A stretch of 64,000 nt of DNA from a virus. The notes under the pieces are model-generated. The model was not told where the DNA came from. It saw only the letters and a program-made list of their open reading frames with translations, and made no database searches. Positions 48,401-58,312 of the stretch are shown piece by piece. Positions within the stretch are counted from its first letter, which is position 1. Every line of letters begins with the position of its first letter. The stretch lies in IMG/VR virus record IMGVR_UViG_3300030108_003282, positions 1-64,000 of that record; one strand, 5' to 3'. The translations under genes and the position numbers were made by a program.

Positions 48401-50938
48401 CTATTCTTCGGTAGGAAGGGGTAATTTGTTATACCTATCTTCATAAATATTCCACTTTCCTTCATCCCCTTCCTTATCAGCAGGAGTTTGTTTATATCCA
48501 GTCCATGCAAGCCACATTCTTTGTCCATCTACGTCTAAGACTCTATAATGCATTTTAGTTTCAAACTTGTTGCCTTCTAAGAAATATTCATGATAGCCGT
48601 CCCTTTGAATGCCTAATCTTATCTTTCCAGAATCAATAACTTTTCCCTTAGTTACTGTTTTTGCTACTTCTGCTGGATATTTCCCAGCCGCACCGAATAA
48701 ATCAAAAAGTTCTTCCTCATTCTCGACATTAATTGTCCAAAACATATTTTCAGTTTTAAGTTTGATTGCTAATGTTATATTATCATCTTCTCTCGAATAA
48801 AGTTTGAATTCACCCTCTCTTAACTCAGGCGGTGTTTTATATTCACCTTCGACGGCTTTAATATCTTCTTTTTTAATTTCTTCTTCCTGCATGATTTTAT
48901 CATCATCAGCAACTATTTTATTGTCTTTTTCGCTAATACCGTCTCTAAGAATAGACCATTGTTTAAGTTTTTTCTCATCAGAATCAAGAACCTCTTCATA
49001 TAAACTGGGCTGTTTTTCTTTTAAGAAATTATGTAATTGTTTTGGTGTCTTAGGACCATTCATTTTTAAATGCTGAAAAATAGCAACAGTTAAATCGCTT
49101 TGTTTTGATTTCATAATATCAATTACCTGTTGCTTCCACATATCTAAATCCATTGTAGCATTTCTAGACATTAGATTATCTTCTTCATAGCCATAGATTG
49201 TAAATCCATCTATATCATATTTGATAATAATATTTGCTTCTCCATGAATATGGTCAGTAATTTTTATTCCTTTTGTGAATGCTTCAACATCATAATTAAG
49301 AGATTTCTTAGTGTCTTGAGAAAGTAATTCTAATGTGACTAGTTTATCGGGATGTTCTACTTCGGGAATCTCAATAGGTTTTGCTGAAAACAAACTAAAC
49401 CCGTCTCCCTTCTTTTTGACTTCATCTACCTTTACTCGAATAATATCCCCAACATCTACAGAAATTTTTGTATTGAGTGCTTTACCTACATTCAAATAAT
49501 GTCTTTTCTTTATTTCAACTGCTCCAGTCATTTCTTCATCAACTGGCCCAACACCCACAGTATAAGAAAATAGATTACTTTTTGTTTTCTTCTTATCTAA
49601 AACAATAACATCTAAGTCAACAAACTTCTTCAATTTAATCCATTTTGGATTTTTCTTAGTGCCAATATAATAAGTTGAAGTAGCGTCTTTAATAACTACT
49701 CCTTCAGATGTAGGAATTTGCATCATTTCTTCTGCATACTTCTCAATATCTTTTAAATTATCTGCTTGGCGAGTATCTTTCTTTGATGGATATGCTATCG
49801 CTTCGCTAGATTTAGAGGAATAGTTATTGAATAAAATTGTCATTCGGTTCTCTAATTCTTCGTCTGCCAATGTCTGAGATTCGTGGCGAATAATATCAAA
49901 AACATGGCATCGAAGTTTAGCGTCTTTATATTTCCCTTTGAAGACATGAGCGACGGTATCGGCTCTATGAAGAGGCTCATCATTATTAAAAAGAACCAAT
50001 TCTCCATCTAAAATACAATCACCATACTCTTTTTTCTTTAATTCCTTTACTTGTTCTTTACATTGTTCAGAAATGTCTTTACCATTAAATGAATATATTT
50101 TAACATTGTCATCAATTTTATGCAACTGGACTCTCATCCCGTCGTATTTTTCTTGAACATACCAGTTGCCACTAAACCCTTTTAATTCATTAATATCATC
50201 TACTTCAAAAATTCTATACATGGGTTTATTAGGAATAATAAACTGCGATATGGACTTTTTCTCATCACTCGGAATAGACTTCTCTAATCCGTCTATATCT
50301 TTCAGTTCTTCCCAATCTTCCTCTTCATTTTTAGAAAAGAAGATTAGTTCTAACATATCCATAGCAGCCTTTACTTTCGATTCGACCTTTTTTGAGTCTT
50401 TTCCGTCTCCGTAATGTTCTATAATATAGAGGGCTATGTCGTCCGATTCTAGGTCAAGACCCATAAGACCCTCCGTAATTGTGTCGGGACGCATCCCTTT
50501 AACACTATAAATGTCAGCAGATAGGGCTTTATTATCGTCCCTTAATGCATAATGCACAAATTTAACCATAGTTTCTGGATTATCTAACAATTCTTCAAGA
50601 ACACCGTCCTTGAACATCGTTGCGAAAGGGTCAGCAACGATAGATGAGGAATAGCGAAGAAGTTTTACTTTATCAAACAGTTCTTTTGCTTGTCTTGAAG
50701 AAGGGTCTTTTGCGTCTTTGTCTTCTAAATCCTTTTCATCAATAAAGTTTCTCATCTCTTTTCCTGCGGCATCACTCTCATTATAAGAGTCTATAATCAT
50801 ATCAACCGCTTTACGCCAACGACCCGAATATTCTGTAGGGTCTTGTCTTGCAGATAAATAGGCAACTCTTGTCTTTTCAAATAGACGAAGAATTTCTTGG
50901 GAAGGCTGTTTATCCTTCTCAATAGAACCCAACTTCAT
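48401..50938 (-). CDS. lig: second ATP-dependent DNA ligase (multidomain) in the head module
   Basis: EKYDG, LDGE, FDI, EGVVIK, WIKLK, OB domain; N- and C-terminal extensions. Confidence 0.9.
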   Translation of the reverse strand: MKLGSIEKDKQPSQEILRLFEKTRVAYLSARQDPTEYSGRWRKAVDMIIDSYNESDAAGKEMRNFIDEKDLEDKDAKDPSSRQAKELFDKVKLLRYSSSIVADPFATMFKDGVLEELLDNPETMVKFVHYALRDDNKALSADIYSVKGMRPDTITEGLMGLDLESDDIALYIIEHYGDGKDSKKVESKVKAAMDMLELIFFSKNEEEDWEELKDIDGLEKSIPSDEKKSISQFIIPNKPMYRIFEVDDINELKGFSGNWYVQEKYDGMRVQLHKIDDNVKIYSFNGKDISEQCKEQVKELKKKEYGDCILDGELVLFNNDEPLHRADTVAHVFKGKYKDAKLRCHVFDIIRHESQTLADEELENRMTILFNNYSSKSSEAIAYPSKKDTRQADNLKDIEKYAEEMMQIPTSEGVVIKDATSTYYIGTKKNPKWIKLKKFVDLDVIVLDKKKTKSNLFSYTVGVGPVDEEMTGAVEIKKRHYLNVGKALNTKISVDVGDIIRVKVDEVKKKGDGFSLFSAKPIEIPEVEHPDKLVTLELLSQDTKKSLNYDVEAFTKGIKITDHIHGEANIIIKYDIDGFTIYGYEEDNLMSRNATMDLDMWKQQVIDIMKSKQSDLTVAIFQHLKMNGPKTPKQLHNFLKEKQPSLYEEVLDSDEKKLKQWSILRDGISEKDNKIVADDDKIMQEEEIKKEDIKAVEGEYKTPPELREGEFKLYSREDDNITLAIKLKTENMFWTINVENEEELFDLFGAAGKYPAEVAKTVTKGKVIDSGKIRLGIQRDGYHEYFLEGNKFETKMHYRVLDVDGQRMWLAWTGYKQTPADKEGDEGKWNIYEDRYNKLPLPTEE

Positions 50939-50943
50939 ACAAA

Positions 50944-51480
50944 TCATCTATTTCTTTCGTACTCAGGGTCTAATGTTTCTCCTGAGTATTCGGAATCATA
51001 AAACATAGTTTGTTCAGGAATAGAAGCCAATTCTTTTTCAAGAGCCATTAATTTACGATTGATATTAATGATTTCATTCATCATTTCATTTCGTTCTTCA
51101 GGCTTAGCCATTTTAATCTGTTTAGATAAACCAGTAAGCATAGAAGCAAGACCATCAATTTGACTAATCAACTTAACTCTTTGTTCATGATTCAGAAGAG
51201 GGTTTTCATCCATATCTTCAGGTAGAATAGCCTTAAGCAAACTAACCATCTTTGTTATTTCTCCCGCATAAGCATGAAGAGTATCGGGGCCATCGTTTGA
51301 TTGTGCATTGTAGTTATAATTTTCAGCCTTTGGTCTTTTCAATTTCACCGCTTCTGATTCATCATCCATTGGGTTTCTATTATTATCCATTAAGGACTGA
51401 TAAAGAATTTCTTTGGCTTCTCTCGCTTTTTGAATAATAATACTAATCTGTCTTTCTTCTTTCGTTACTCTTTCAGGCAT
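50944..51480 (-). CDS. head-region helical protein
   Basis: GAGTGA SD, coiled coil. Confidence 0.7.
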   Translation of the reverse strand: MPERVTKEERQISIIIQKAREAKEILYQSLMDNNRNPMDDESEAVKLKRPKAENYNYNAQSNDGPDTLHAYAGEITKMVSLLKAILPEDMDENPLLNHEQRVKLISQIDGLASMLTGLSKQIKMAKPEERNEMMNEIININRKLMALEKELASIPEQTMFYDSEYSGETLDPEYERNR

Positions 51481-51485
51481 TTAAA

Positions 51486-51731
51486 TCACTCCATTTTTGA
51501 AACCATTTTATGAATTTCGGACCAATCCATACTAGAAACATCAGTTGTCGGTAAAGAATCAACTCCACCAACACTATTATCCATAGAAGGGGTTGGACTT
51601 TGAGAAACAACTAAACCTGCTTTCATTAGAAGACTATCCTTTGCATAAATTGTTTTTTCTAATGCTTCCACTTTAGCGGTTAAAGCCTTAATTATTTCTA
51701 ACACATCTTTGTTAATACTCTCTTCTGTCAT
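51486..51731 (-). CDS. mini-scaffold-like protein sharing the scaffold C-terminus
   Basis: coiled coil plus MDWSEIHKMV, versus MDWADIHKMV in the scaffold. Confidence 0.75.
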   Translation of the reverse strand: MTEESINKDVLEIIKALTAKVEALEKTIYAKDSLLMKAGLVVSQSPTPSMDNSVGGVDSLPTTDVSSMDWSEIHKMVSKME

Positions 51732-52093
51732 TTCTTTTCCTCCTTTTTACCAACTGGATAAATTAAATCTCTTAATTGTCTATAAAGAAGTTCGTACTCT
51801 TTACGAAGTTTCGTAGCAGTAGCCACTATATCAATGTTCCTTTCATCCATTGACTTCATTTTCTTATTTAACTTCTTGTCTGATTTGATTAGTTCTAATT
51901 CTCTAAGAGTCTCAATAAGTTCACCTAATTTAGTAAAGTCTTGACCAAAAAATTCTGTGGGTTCTGCGGCTTGAAGTGTCTTTTTCAGTTTTCTTCTTCC
52001 TTTAGTATCTAAAGAGTCAATAAGTTTTTTAGGCTTTTGTTTCTCCTCTTTGAGAACAAAATTATCTCCATCTCCGTAGTAATCCCATGTCAT
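51728..52093 (-). CDS. head-region helical protein
   Basis: ATGA-coupled. Confidence 0.7.
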   Translation of the reverse strand: MTWDYYGDGDNFVLKEEKQKPKKLIDSLDTKGRRKLKKTLQAAEPTEFFGQDFTKLGELIETLRELELIKSDKKLNKKMKSMDERNIDIVATATKLRKEYELLYRQLRDLIYPVGKKEEKK

Positions 52094-53670
52094 TCTTCTT
52101 CCCCCACATCAGAAAGATTTCTCAACTGATTTACAATATCGCCTAATTCATTTGACTTTTCTTGGTATTTGTCAGAAGCATCTTCAAACTCTGTCATTCT
52201 TGCAGCATTAAGAGTAGGGAATCCTTCAAAGAAACCATCTACTAGTCTAGCGTCGGGATTTTCCATCATAAAATCAGTAAATCCTTGAGTAATCGCTCCT
52301 TCGGATTCACGAGTAATTTGTGCCATTTTATTAGATTGTCTTCTTAGATACGAAAGCATATTGATTCCCTTAGTAAATAATTTTTTAACTGGAGTAGATG
52401 GTTCTAATTCTCTGAACATTCCTAAGAATCTTCCAAACGCTTTTATATTTTCATCTTGGTCAAAAGCGTCAATATCTGTCATTAATCTTTCTAATTTTCT
52501 TCTTTCTAAGGCAATCTCTCTTTCTAATTCTTGAGTTGCTTCGGCAACATATTTGTCTTTATTCTCGCTTATATCTTTAAATGTGGACATCAGAGACTTG
52601 ACATCCTCGACACTTCCTGAGCCAATAACACGCTTCAAAGATTCATTTAATTTTTGCAACTTTCTTCCAACAATCTTATCTTTATCTTTTAACAGTTTCT
52701 CTAATTCACCTATCTTTTCTTCTAAAAATATCTTAGAAGAAGCAATTTGCCTATTGTTAGCCTGAACTGCTTGAACTTTTCTTAATGCTCTTTCATATTG
52801 AACATTTACCCCTAAATCTACATCTTTCTTTTTTGCTCTTTCCATCATGGATAGCCTTTCTCTTTTGACTCTTCTTCTATCAACAAGATTTCTTGGCTTT
52901 CTTTTATATTTTTGAGTATGTAATAATTCAAAGACCTTTAAGAAATCAATTGGCTCTTTTCCTTCAACCTCAAAATCTAAATCCAAAATTCCTCTAAGAG
53001 TTCTAAATATTCTATTAGCATCAATATCTTTTCCTGTTCTTTCTTCTGTTCTTTGGGTTCTGCTTAAATTAAATTTTTTACCAGTTAAAATCCCATCGAC
53101 CAAAAGTTTATCATATTTATCGTTTAGATAATCAGGATTCTTCTTAATCATTGTCAGCAAAGTAAGTAATTTACTAGATTTAGCGGCAGTTGCCCCTAAT
53201 TTAAGATAATCTTTCATAGCACCTCTAACAACAGTTTTGCCGTCAACAACTTGAACTCTTGCATTTTCGGCAATATCTAAAAGAATATCTTTTTGATAAT
53301 TTAATTCAGATAATTCTTTGTAAGCATCTTTTTCTTCAGATTGCCTACTAATTCTTGAACCCAATGCCTCTTCTTCTAATCTTGCTTCTCTTTCTTCTTC
53401 GGTAGAGAGAATCTCTTCCTCGGTTGTTAAATCAGACTCTCCTTCTTCAAGGCTTCTCCTTGCATCTTCTCTTGCTTCTTCTTCATTCTTCGCAATAGTA
53501 ATATATTTACGATATTCAATCATATTTTGAGAAGTAAGGTTGTTTATTAAAGAAACCTTGATTAAAGAAGCATCAGCGCCCTCATTAACTAATGAGGTAG
53601 TTTCTTCGTCTAAATTAGCCTTTCTTAAAATGTTAAGCAAAGATTTATCTTTGGCTAATTCATAATACAT
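52090..53670 (-). CDS. long coiled-coil protein
   Basis: charged heptads; GAGGTGA SD. Confidence 0.75.
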   Translation of the reverse strand: MYYELAKDKSLLNILRKANLDEETTSLVNEGADASLIKVSLINNLTSQNMIEYRKYITIAKNEEEAREDARRSLEEGESDLTTEEEILSTEEEREARLEEEALGSRISRQSEEKDAYKELSELNYQKDILLDIAENARVQVVDGKTVVRGAMKDYLKLGATAAKSSKLLTLLTMIKKNPDYLNDKYDKLLVDGILTGKKFNLSRTQRTEERTGKDIDANRIFRTLRGILDLDFEVEGKEPIDFLKVFELLHTQKYKRKPRNLVDRRRVKRERLSMMERAKKKDVDLGVNVQYERALRKVQAVQANNRQIASSKIFLEEKIGELEKLLKDKDKIVGRKLQKLNESLKRVIGSGSVEDVKSLMSTFKDISENKDKYVAEATQELEREIALERRKLERLMTDIDAFDQDENIKAFGRFLGMFRELEPSTPVKKLFTKGINMLSYLRRQSNKMAQITRESEGAITQGFTDFMMENPDARLVDGFFEGFPTLNAARMTEFEDASDKYQEKSNELGDIVNQLRNLSDVGEEE

Positions 53671-53679
53671 TTAATCACC

Positions 53680-53904
53680 TCAAAAAGGAATGTTTTCTTT
53701 CTTTCCTCTTTTTTTAGGAGGTAATAGAATAACATCGGGATTATCTGCCGATGATGGCCTAGCCTTGTGAGAAGTATCTGGTGGTAATCCAACAGACATA
53801 TCTCTATTCTTCTTTACCTTATTATTCTCTTGTGCTGTCATAGCCTTAACTTTGGCTAATTCTTTTGTTAGTCTTCTTTGTTTTTGGTGTAAATCTTCGC
53901 TCAT
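53680..53904 (-). CDS. small basic protein
   Basis: GGAGG SD, coupled. Confidence 0.65.
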   Translation of the reverse strand: MSEDLHQKQRRLTKELAKVKAMTAQENNKVKKNRDMSVGLPPDTSHKARPSSADNPDVILLPPKKRGKKENIPF

Positions 53905-54215
53905 ATTTTTGCCTCCATTAAATTTCCTCGTGTTCTTTCTAAAATTTTAATAAGTTCTTCTTTTGACATTTGACCAATTTTATCCATAACGGCATCCATT
54001 AAATCTTCTCTTGTCATTTCAGCCAATTCATCCATTTCTTCTCCAAACATAGAATCAAAGGTAGGGTCATCCATTCTTCCAGAAGCAGGAGAAGGTTTTC
54101 CTCCTGCTACCTTAATAGGTGGTTTTCTTCTTTCAGGACTTCTACTTCTTCTTTCGGGGTCAAGTTCCCGAATAGGTCTTACTCTTGCCTTTATGATGTT
54201 TTCCCAACTATTCAT
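53901..54215 (-). CDS. small protein with N-terminal WENIIK tag
   Basis: starts MNSWENIIKAR directly after the portal stop. Confidence 0.7.
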   Translation of the reverse strand: MNSWENIIKARVRPIRELDPERRSRSPERRKPPIKVAGGKPSPASGRMDDPTFDSMFGEEMDELAEMTREDLMDAVMDKIGQMSKEELIKILERTRGNLMEAKI

Positions 54216-54216
54216 A

Positions 54217-55857
54217 TTAACCAACCCTCCTTTCTGTTCTTCTGTCATTGTTTTGATTTCCAGCGTCTAACGGCAATCCCGACATTCGCTTATCGGGTGC
54301 TACGCTCATGGAGGGTTTATTTCTTGTGGTCGCAGGATTCTCCTGTGGCTTGCTCCCGCCTTGAAGTGCTTGTTCTTGCATTTGTCCCAATTGTGAAGCA
54401 TCAATGTTTGTTCCTGCATACGGGTCAGTTTGAGCAGTTCCCTCTCCCTTTTCACCCTCTGGTTTTTGTTCGGGTTCTGGCTTCTTAAAAGTAAATTGAC
54501 CATCTTCATCCATATCTACTTCAAATCCTAGATTTTTAGTTGATGCAGCAATATTAACTTCAATCTCACGCTTACGAAGAACAGCAATTTCATCTTCTTC
54601 TTCGCTTGGAGGCAACTTTAAGTTCCAATCTGTAATACCAAATTGTTTTACAAGGAATGGAAAAACGTAATTATTATAGACAGTTTGTGCTTTTTGAACT
54701 GCTCTATTCGTTACAAGAATTTGCATACCTTCATTGTTTAATCCACCGCTAGTAGTGTTATCAGCCATAAAGACTTTACTAACTCCATAAAAGGCTGATA
54801 TTCTATCTCTTAAATCATCTTTAACAGAAACATAATCCATTTCTTTAAGGCTATCCATGAACTTAATCCACTCAACTCCGCCTTTACCACCTTCTGCTTC
54901 AATTCCCATAACAGGAATAAAATGAGGGTCTGCCTCCATTTTTTCTTTTACAGAACGCCAAAAAGACCTCATTGAATCCATGTTTCTTGTTTGGACTGCC
55001 AAAAGACCTCTTGGCATACGACTCTTAGTATAGGAAGAATTAACATAGTTTTCCATAGCAATAAGAGTCATGATATTATTAAAGAGAGTAATTACAGGAG
55101 ACATACCATATAACCTTGAAGGGCTGTATTTACTAAAATGTAATACTTCTCCTTTTAAGAAATATTGGTCGTCTCCTTTTACCCTATTAACATAATGAAT
55201 AGGGAATAAATTACTACCACAAATTTCGCACTTTTCATGTGGGTCTTTGTGAATAATGTTGCGATGATTTACACAAGTAAAGCCTTTTGTTCCTCTTTGT
55301 CCATTTTCATCGCTATAAATAAACATAGTAACTGGGTCGCCTCGATAAACTTCTTTAACTCGATGCATTCTAATTTTACCATTACCATCAATAAAATATT
55401 CTTTAACAAGAACAATATAAGCATCATCCATAATATTTAAATCATCTTCAAGTTCCTGTAAAACATCAATAAACAACTGTTCAGACTTATTTACATAACC
55501 CTCGATGAACTTCTCAGCGTATTCCAATTGTTTAACATCGGGAATCTTAAGGTCGGTGCTTCCACAACGAGAGCATTCTTGAACAGGTCTTTTGTGTTCT
55601 TTACTACAATTATTACATCGTGCTTCATATGCTTTTTCCCAAACATAACCTCTTCTAAATACTTCTTGTTTTAGTTGAGTAATACAAGTTCTAGCGATTA
55701 CGGATTGATTAACGATATTATAAATAATTGGGCCTGTCATTAAGTGGTGGGTTTCTCTTTCTTGAATACCCATATTGTAGACTTTTCTATCAGCAGGTTT
55801 GGGAGTTTGTCTCCTAAATAGGTTAGTAATACTAAATCGTCTTTTTTCTTCAACCAT
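54217..55857 (-). CDS. portal protein with zinc-ribbon insertions
   Basis: D...DDAY, LYGMSP, PRGLL, KEMDY...ISAFYGV; CNNC/CSRC and CVNH/CEIC. Confidence 0.9.
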   Translation of the reverse strand: MVEEKRRFSITNLFRRQTPKPADRKVYNMGIQERETHHLMTGPIIYNIVNQSVIARTCITQLKQEVFRRGYVWEKAYEARCNNCSKEHKRPVQECSRCGSTDLKIPDVKQLEYAEKFIEGYVNKSEQLFIDVLQELEDDLNIMDDAYIVLVKEYFIDGNGKIRMHRVKEVYRGDPVTMFIYSDENGQRGTKGFTCVNHRNIIHKDPHEKCEICGSNLFPIHYVNRVKGDDQYFLKGEVLHFSKYSPSRLYGMSPVITLFNNIMTLIAMENYVNSSYTKSRMPRGLLAVQTRNMDSMRSFWRSVKEKMEADPHFIPVMGIEAEGGKGGVEWIKFMDSLKEMDYVSVKDDLRDRISAFYGVSKVFMADNTTSGGLNNEGMQILVTNRAVQKAQTVYNNYVFPFLVKQFGITDWNLKLPPSEEEDEIAVLRKREIEVNIAASTKNLGFEVDMDEDGQFTFKKPEPEQKPEGEKGEGTAQTDPYAGTNIDASQLGQMQEQALQGGSKPQENPATTRNKPSMSVAPDKRMSGLPLDAGNQNNDRRTERRVG

Positions 55858-55910
55858 AAATCACACCCCCTTTTTTATCCCTACGCTATCCTTGCCTATC
55901 AACGCTTCGG

Positions 55911-56165
55911 TCAGGGTTGGCCCCTATCCTCGATGTCATATCTTTCGTTGCTTGAACGAAGCATTTCGTCTAAAATACCCTTTAAATACGTTGGTCTATT
56001 TTCTGGTTTTTTCATTCCAGACTTTAAATAATAGATGACCATTCTTTTATTTATGTCTGCTAAATTAGTGTATCGGACATATTTTTTCCTATCTCTTGGT
56101 AATTCGTCATTTATGATACCGTCTTTGAGTTCTTTCCAACTCATTCTTTTTTTAGCAATCACCAT
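55911..56165 (-). CDS. basic hypothetical protein
   Basis: ORF before portal; start uncertain (MVIAKK or MSWKELK). Confidence 0.55.
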   Translation of the reverse strand: MVIAKKRMSWKELKDGIINDELPRDRKKYVRYTNLADINKRMVIYYLKSGMKKPENRPTYLKGILDEMLRSSNERYDIEDRGQP

Positions 56166-56326
56166 GCTTGCCCCCAATATAAAGCGAATTCTGTTTGACA
56201 GGTCATACATTTTTCTCTTTGACTAACGGCCTTTTTGCATTTACGACAGACCGTAGCATAACGAATGCGTTTAGGTAATTTTTTTCTTACTGTGTGTTTA
56301 AACACTTCATAATGATGGCGTGGCAT
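56159..56326 (-). CDS. 55-aa basic zinc-finger protein (not in track)
   Basis: MPRHHYEVFK...CRKC...CMTC; abuts the upstream stop. Confidence 0.6.
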   Translation of the reverse strand: MPRHHYEVFKHTVRKKLPKRIRYATVCRKCKKAVSQREKCMTCQTEFALYWGQAW

Positions 56327-56617
56327 TTAGCAATTCCACCTTCTTCTAGCGGCTTTTGCTTTCTCGCTGTAAGTGCCATCTTTTCTCTTAAATCCTCTTG
56401 ACCTTGCACAAAAACTCTTTCTTCTTTTTGCTGCCTTACTTCCAGGTTTTAATTTACTAGGCTTAGTAGTAACTGGTGGCTTTAAATTAGAACCTTGTTC
56501 ACGCTTAAACTTAGCACGACCTTTAGCACTTAATCCACCCGTTCTTGCGTGAATCTTTTTGTTATAGCCTTTAAATGGCTTCTTTTTCTTTTTAAGAATA
56601 TCTTGCCAATCATTCAT
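56327..56617 (-). CDS. basic protein, DUF6321-like, WQDILK tag
   Basis: GGLSAKGR...NLKPPV...RRKSFCAR...RRWNC. Confidence 0.75.
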   Translation of the reverse strand: MNDWQDILKKKKKPFKGYNKKIHARTGGLSAKGRAKFKREQGSNLKPPVTTKPSKLKPGSKAAKRRKSFCARSRGFKRKDGTYSEKAKAARRRWNC

Positions 56618-57185
56618 ATTTATCACCTATCATGTAGCCTAATTTTTTTCCTGCTTCAATATCGCTTGGGTAGTGGCTTCCCATTTGTATTCTTGATAAA
56701 GAAATTTTGTCAGCCATTTCTTTTAATTCTTTCTTCTTATCTGGATATTTTTTTCCTAAAACTCTTTCTAATCCATGAGCAAGCATTGAATGACCGCTTG
56801 GGAAAGCAGGAGTATCATCTGTTTTTGTTTTTGTTGTTTTTATTTTATCAGATATTTGATGAGGACGTGGCCTTTGGTATTTCATTTTAAGTGTCATGGC
56901 ATAATAATTAATATCTTTCATGAAGTCCATGTAATTATTTTTGTCCTCGCCTACAATTTTAAACATTTCAACATCGGGTTTTAAGTCAGAATCTTTCATT
57001 TGCTTAGGAGTTATTCTTTTCTTTTTCATTGTTGCTATCACAGAAGGTATTTCTTTTTCTTCTTGGGGATAACTTAATTTAGGAATATCTATTTTCATCT
57101 TTGGGCTTCTTTCTAATATTTTCTTCTTATCTTCCGAAAGTGTTCCTTCCCACTTTCTTTTCTTAAGAATAGAAAACCAATTCAT
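56610..57185 (-). CDS. PAP2/haloperoxidase-superfamily phosphatase, WFSILK tag
   Basis: K-x6-RP (KMKYQRPRP), PSGH, SR-x5-H-x3-D. Confidence 0.9.
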   Translation of the reverse strand: MNWFSILKKRKWEGTLSEDKKKILERSPKMKIDIPKLSYPQEEKEIPSVIATMKKKRITPKQMKDSDLKPDVEMFKIVGEDKNNYMDFMKDINYYAMTLKMKYQRPRPHQISDKIKTTKTKTDDTPAFPSGHSMLAHGLERVLGKKYPDKKKELKEMADKISLSRIQMGSHYPSDIEAGKKLGYMIGDKYE

Positions 57186-57189
57186 TTTA

Positions 57190-57567
57190 TCACTTTGGTT
57201 TATGTGTGTAAATGTCTCCATCTTTGTGCATAAAGATTTTACCTTCCTTTTCTAATTTAGACAAGGCTCTTTTAATTTCAGATTCTTCTCCAAATTGTTT
57301 TAGATTTTTCATCCCCAATGCTCCGCCTTCTTTTTTGATTTCAGCAAGAATTTTTGCTTCAATGTCTTGTTTAACCATTCTTCCAACCACAGGTCTTTGC
57401 CCTACACCATATTTTTGTTTTAGTTCGCTAATCAAACGACTTACATTAATCATAGGGCTATTTCTTCTATCAAACTCTCTTATTGCTTCATCAGGCAATC
57501 CTCTTAGAGCAGGATAAGTTTGCCTTAGTCCTTTAATATCTAATTTCAATATATCTTTCCAAGTCAT
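57190..57567 (-). CDS. two-domain protein with C-terminal wHTH, WKDILK tag
   Basis: IKRALSKLEKEGKIFMHKDG wHTH. Confidence 0.7.
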   Translation of the reverse strand: MTWKDILKLDIKGLRQTYPALRGLPDEAIREFDRRNSPMINVSRLISELKQKYGVGQRPVVGRMVKQDIEAKILAEIKKEGGALGMKNLKQFGEESEIKRALSKLEKEGKIFMHKDGDIYTHKPK

Positions 57568-58022
57568 GCTCTCATCCTCTTTGTTTTTCTTTTACTAGAT
57601 TCTTTTCTTGCTAGTGCTACCTTATGTGCTGAATTTAATCTTTTCTTTGTTTCAGGGTCTTTGGCTCTCTTTGCTGCTACCCTTGCTCTTTGTTCAACTA
57701 AATTGATAATTTGTGATTGTCTCTTGTGTGGTTTTGATTTAAATGAAGAACTAGAAAAAGTTTCTCTTACATCTTTTGCAGTTTTAAACTTTACAGGGAC
57801 AGTATCTTTCGGGTTTTCATCAGTATATAATCTTCTTGTAGAACCCTTCGGCTTCTTCCCAGTCCCCTTCTTCGGGTCTTTCTTTAAAATATTTTTCCAA
57901 CTCTTTCCAACATATCCTGAAGCATAAGCGGCTGCTGCTTGTCTTTCGGCATCTTTACGATTTTTATAGACTTTACCCTTACTACCCCATTTATAGCCGC
58001 CTTTTACCTTTCTAATAGGCAT
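57564..58022 (-). CDS. basic two-module protein with internal WKNILK
   Basis: MPIRKVKGGYKWG module, then KGTGKKPKGS.RRLYTDENPKDTV module. Confidence 0.75.
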   Translation of the reverse strand: MPIRKVKGGYKWGSKGKVYKNRKDAERQAAAAYASGYVGKSWKNILKKDPKKGTGKKPKGSTRRLYTDENPKDTVPVKFKTAKDVRETFSSSSFKSKPHKRQSQIINLVEQRARVAAKRAKDPETKKRLNSAHKVALARKESSKRKTKRMRA

Positions 58023-58027
58023 AAGAA

Positions 58028-58312
58028 TCACTTTTGACTAAATTTCTTTCCTGTTGGAACGTGCTGAATACCCTTTTTACGGCCTTTTCTTTTCTTTGAG
58101 TCTTGATACCGAAGAGTTTTCTTATCTGTTCTCTTATAGGTCGCTCTTGGCATATATCTTCCTTTAGTTTTGGGTTTTGGTTTCTTGCCTTTATCTTTTG
58201 CTCTATGCTGTTCAGCACTCCCCCAATCCTCATCAGTCCAAGTAGATAAATCTCTTTGCCTTTTTGATTTGGCTTTGAGAATATTACGCCAATTAATTTT
58301 TATATCCGCCAC
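58028..58312 (-). CDS. basic protein, DUF5872 C-half-like, WRNILK tag (GTG or ATT start)
   Basis: QRDLSTWTDEDW...GRYMP...KRKG...QHV. Confidence 0.65.
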   Translation of the reverse strand: MADIKINWRNILKAKSKRQRDLSTWTDEDWGSAEQHRAKDKGKKPKPKTKGRYMPRATYKRTDKKTLRYQDSKKRKGRKKGIQHVPTGKKFSQK

